Positions 63,126 through 64,000 of a stretch of 64,000 nucleotides of DNA are shown in pieces. Both the position numbers and the translations under genes were made by a program. The DNA lies in assembly GCF_009914755.1 (NCBI RefSeq), contig NC_060932.1; one strand, 5' to 3'. Source of the DNA: the human T2T-CHM13v2.0 reference genome, Homo sapiens. Within the stretch, counting starts at the first letter, position 1. Every line of letters starts with the position of its first letter. Below the pieces are notes generated by a model. It saw nothing but the letters and a program-made list of their open reading frames with translations, was not told the origin of the DNA and searched no databases.

Positions 63126-64000
63126 TAAAGACATGTAAAAATAATTAAAAAATGCAATGTGGTAACTGCAATAATAGAGGCAGCCCACGTGGAAGGGGCT
63201 CTAGGAAGTCTTCGTATTCTTGGCAGAAAGAACAGCATATGCAAGGTTGAGAGTGGTGGGTGGGTTAGGGCAGCAGTCTGATGCGTCAGAAGCAAGGATG
63301 TAGAAAACAAAGACAGCAGTGTAGACTGTAGGTAAAGGAGGGGCTGGATCATGATGGGTGTCTGAATCAGGCACCATCTGAGGTGGTCATCAAAGGCATA
63401 TTCCTTAGGGGTTTTTGTAAAGACTTTTAAGAAGTGTGGGCAGAGTTAAGGGAATCAACAACGGTGAGGCTCCCAGGGCCCAGCAGCAGTGGGAAGCCAG
63501 GCCCTCCCCTAGCCTGAGAGGAGAAGATGGCACAGCCAGAGTTGGGCCATGCACTAGAGGCAAGGAAGAGTGGCCACCTGTTGAGCCCTAAGAAACACTA
63601 GAAAAAAGATCCGGAAAACTATGTGCTTGTTATCAGATTTAAAATATTTTTAAATATTTGTACTATGTTTTAATATCTGGGTTAGAGAAATATCACATGG
63701 TAAACGCTTAATTATGGAACTCTGAAAAAAAAAAGACACATCCATTAGCTAATAAGAGGCCAGGTGGTTCTCTTTAGTAGGGCCTGAAGAGGTGTCTCCA
63801 CTGCCCCTGGGGCACCTCGGATGTTAAGACACTGGGCACAGCCATGCCTGTTACCCCGATGGCAGAGTGACTCGATAGGTCGGGCTTGCCAGCTGCTGTC
63901 CCTTCCTCCATGCTGTTCCCTAGATGTCACTTCACTGTACAGGAGCTAGAGAACCAGTTGTTGGCCAAAGATAAAGAGAACTAAGTGCTAAGTGGGAGGA

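Overview
Primate (almost certainly human) genomic DNA. It holds the 3' part of RAB2A on the + strand: the end of one coding exon (1-33), three internal exons (466-558, 7601-7712, 34323-34391) and the terminal exon (CDS 36417-36512, ending ...GGGCC-stop). A roughly 2.9 kb 3'UTR with several poly(A) signals follows, then about 24 kb of repeat-rich intergenic DNA. From general knowledge the next gene is CHD7, beyond the window. Much of the rest is Alu, L1, MaLR/ERVL LTR, L2/MIR and DNA-transposon relics. All other ORFs in the track are explained by these repeats, by low-complexity DNA, or are short ORFs without splice support. I found no convincing new gene or novel system. The items most worth checking are: a ~170 bp direct repeat bracketing the 112 bp exon, a palindromic CTCF-type motif, two repeat-free motif-dense intronic blocks (candidate enhancers), a tail-less inverted Alu fusion, and several local duplications and nested insertions. 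Repeat subfamily names and boundaries were assigned by eye and are approximate. Exon numbers follow my recollection of the reference transcript.
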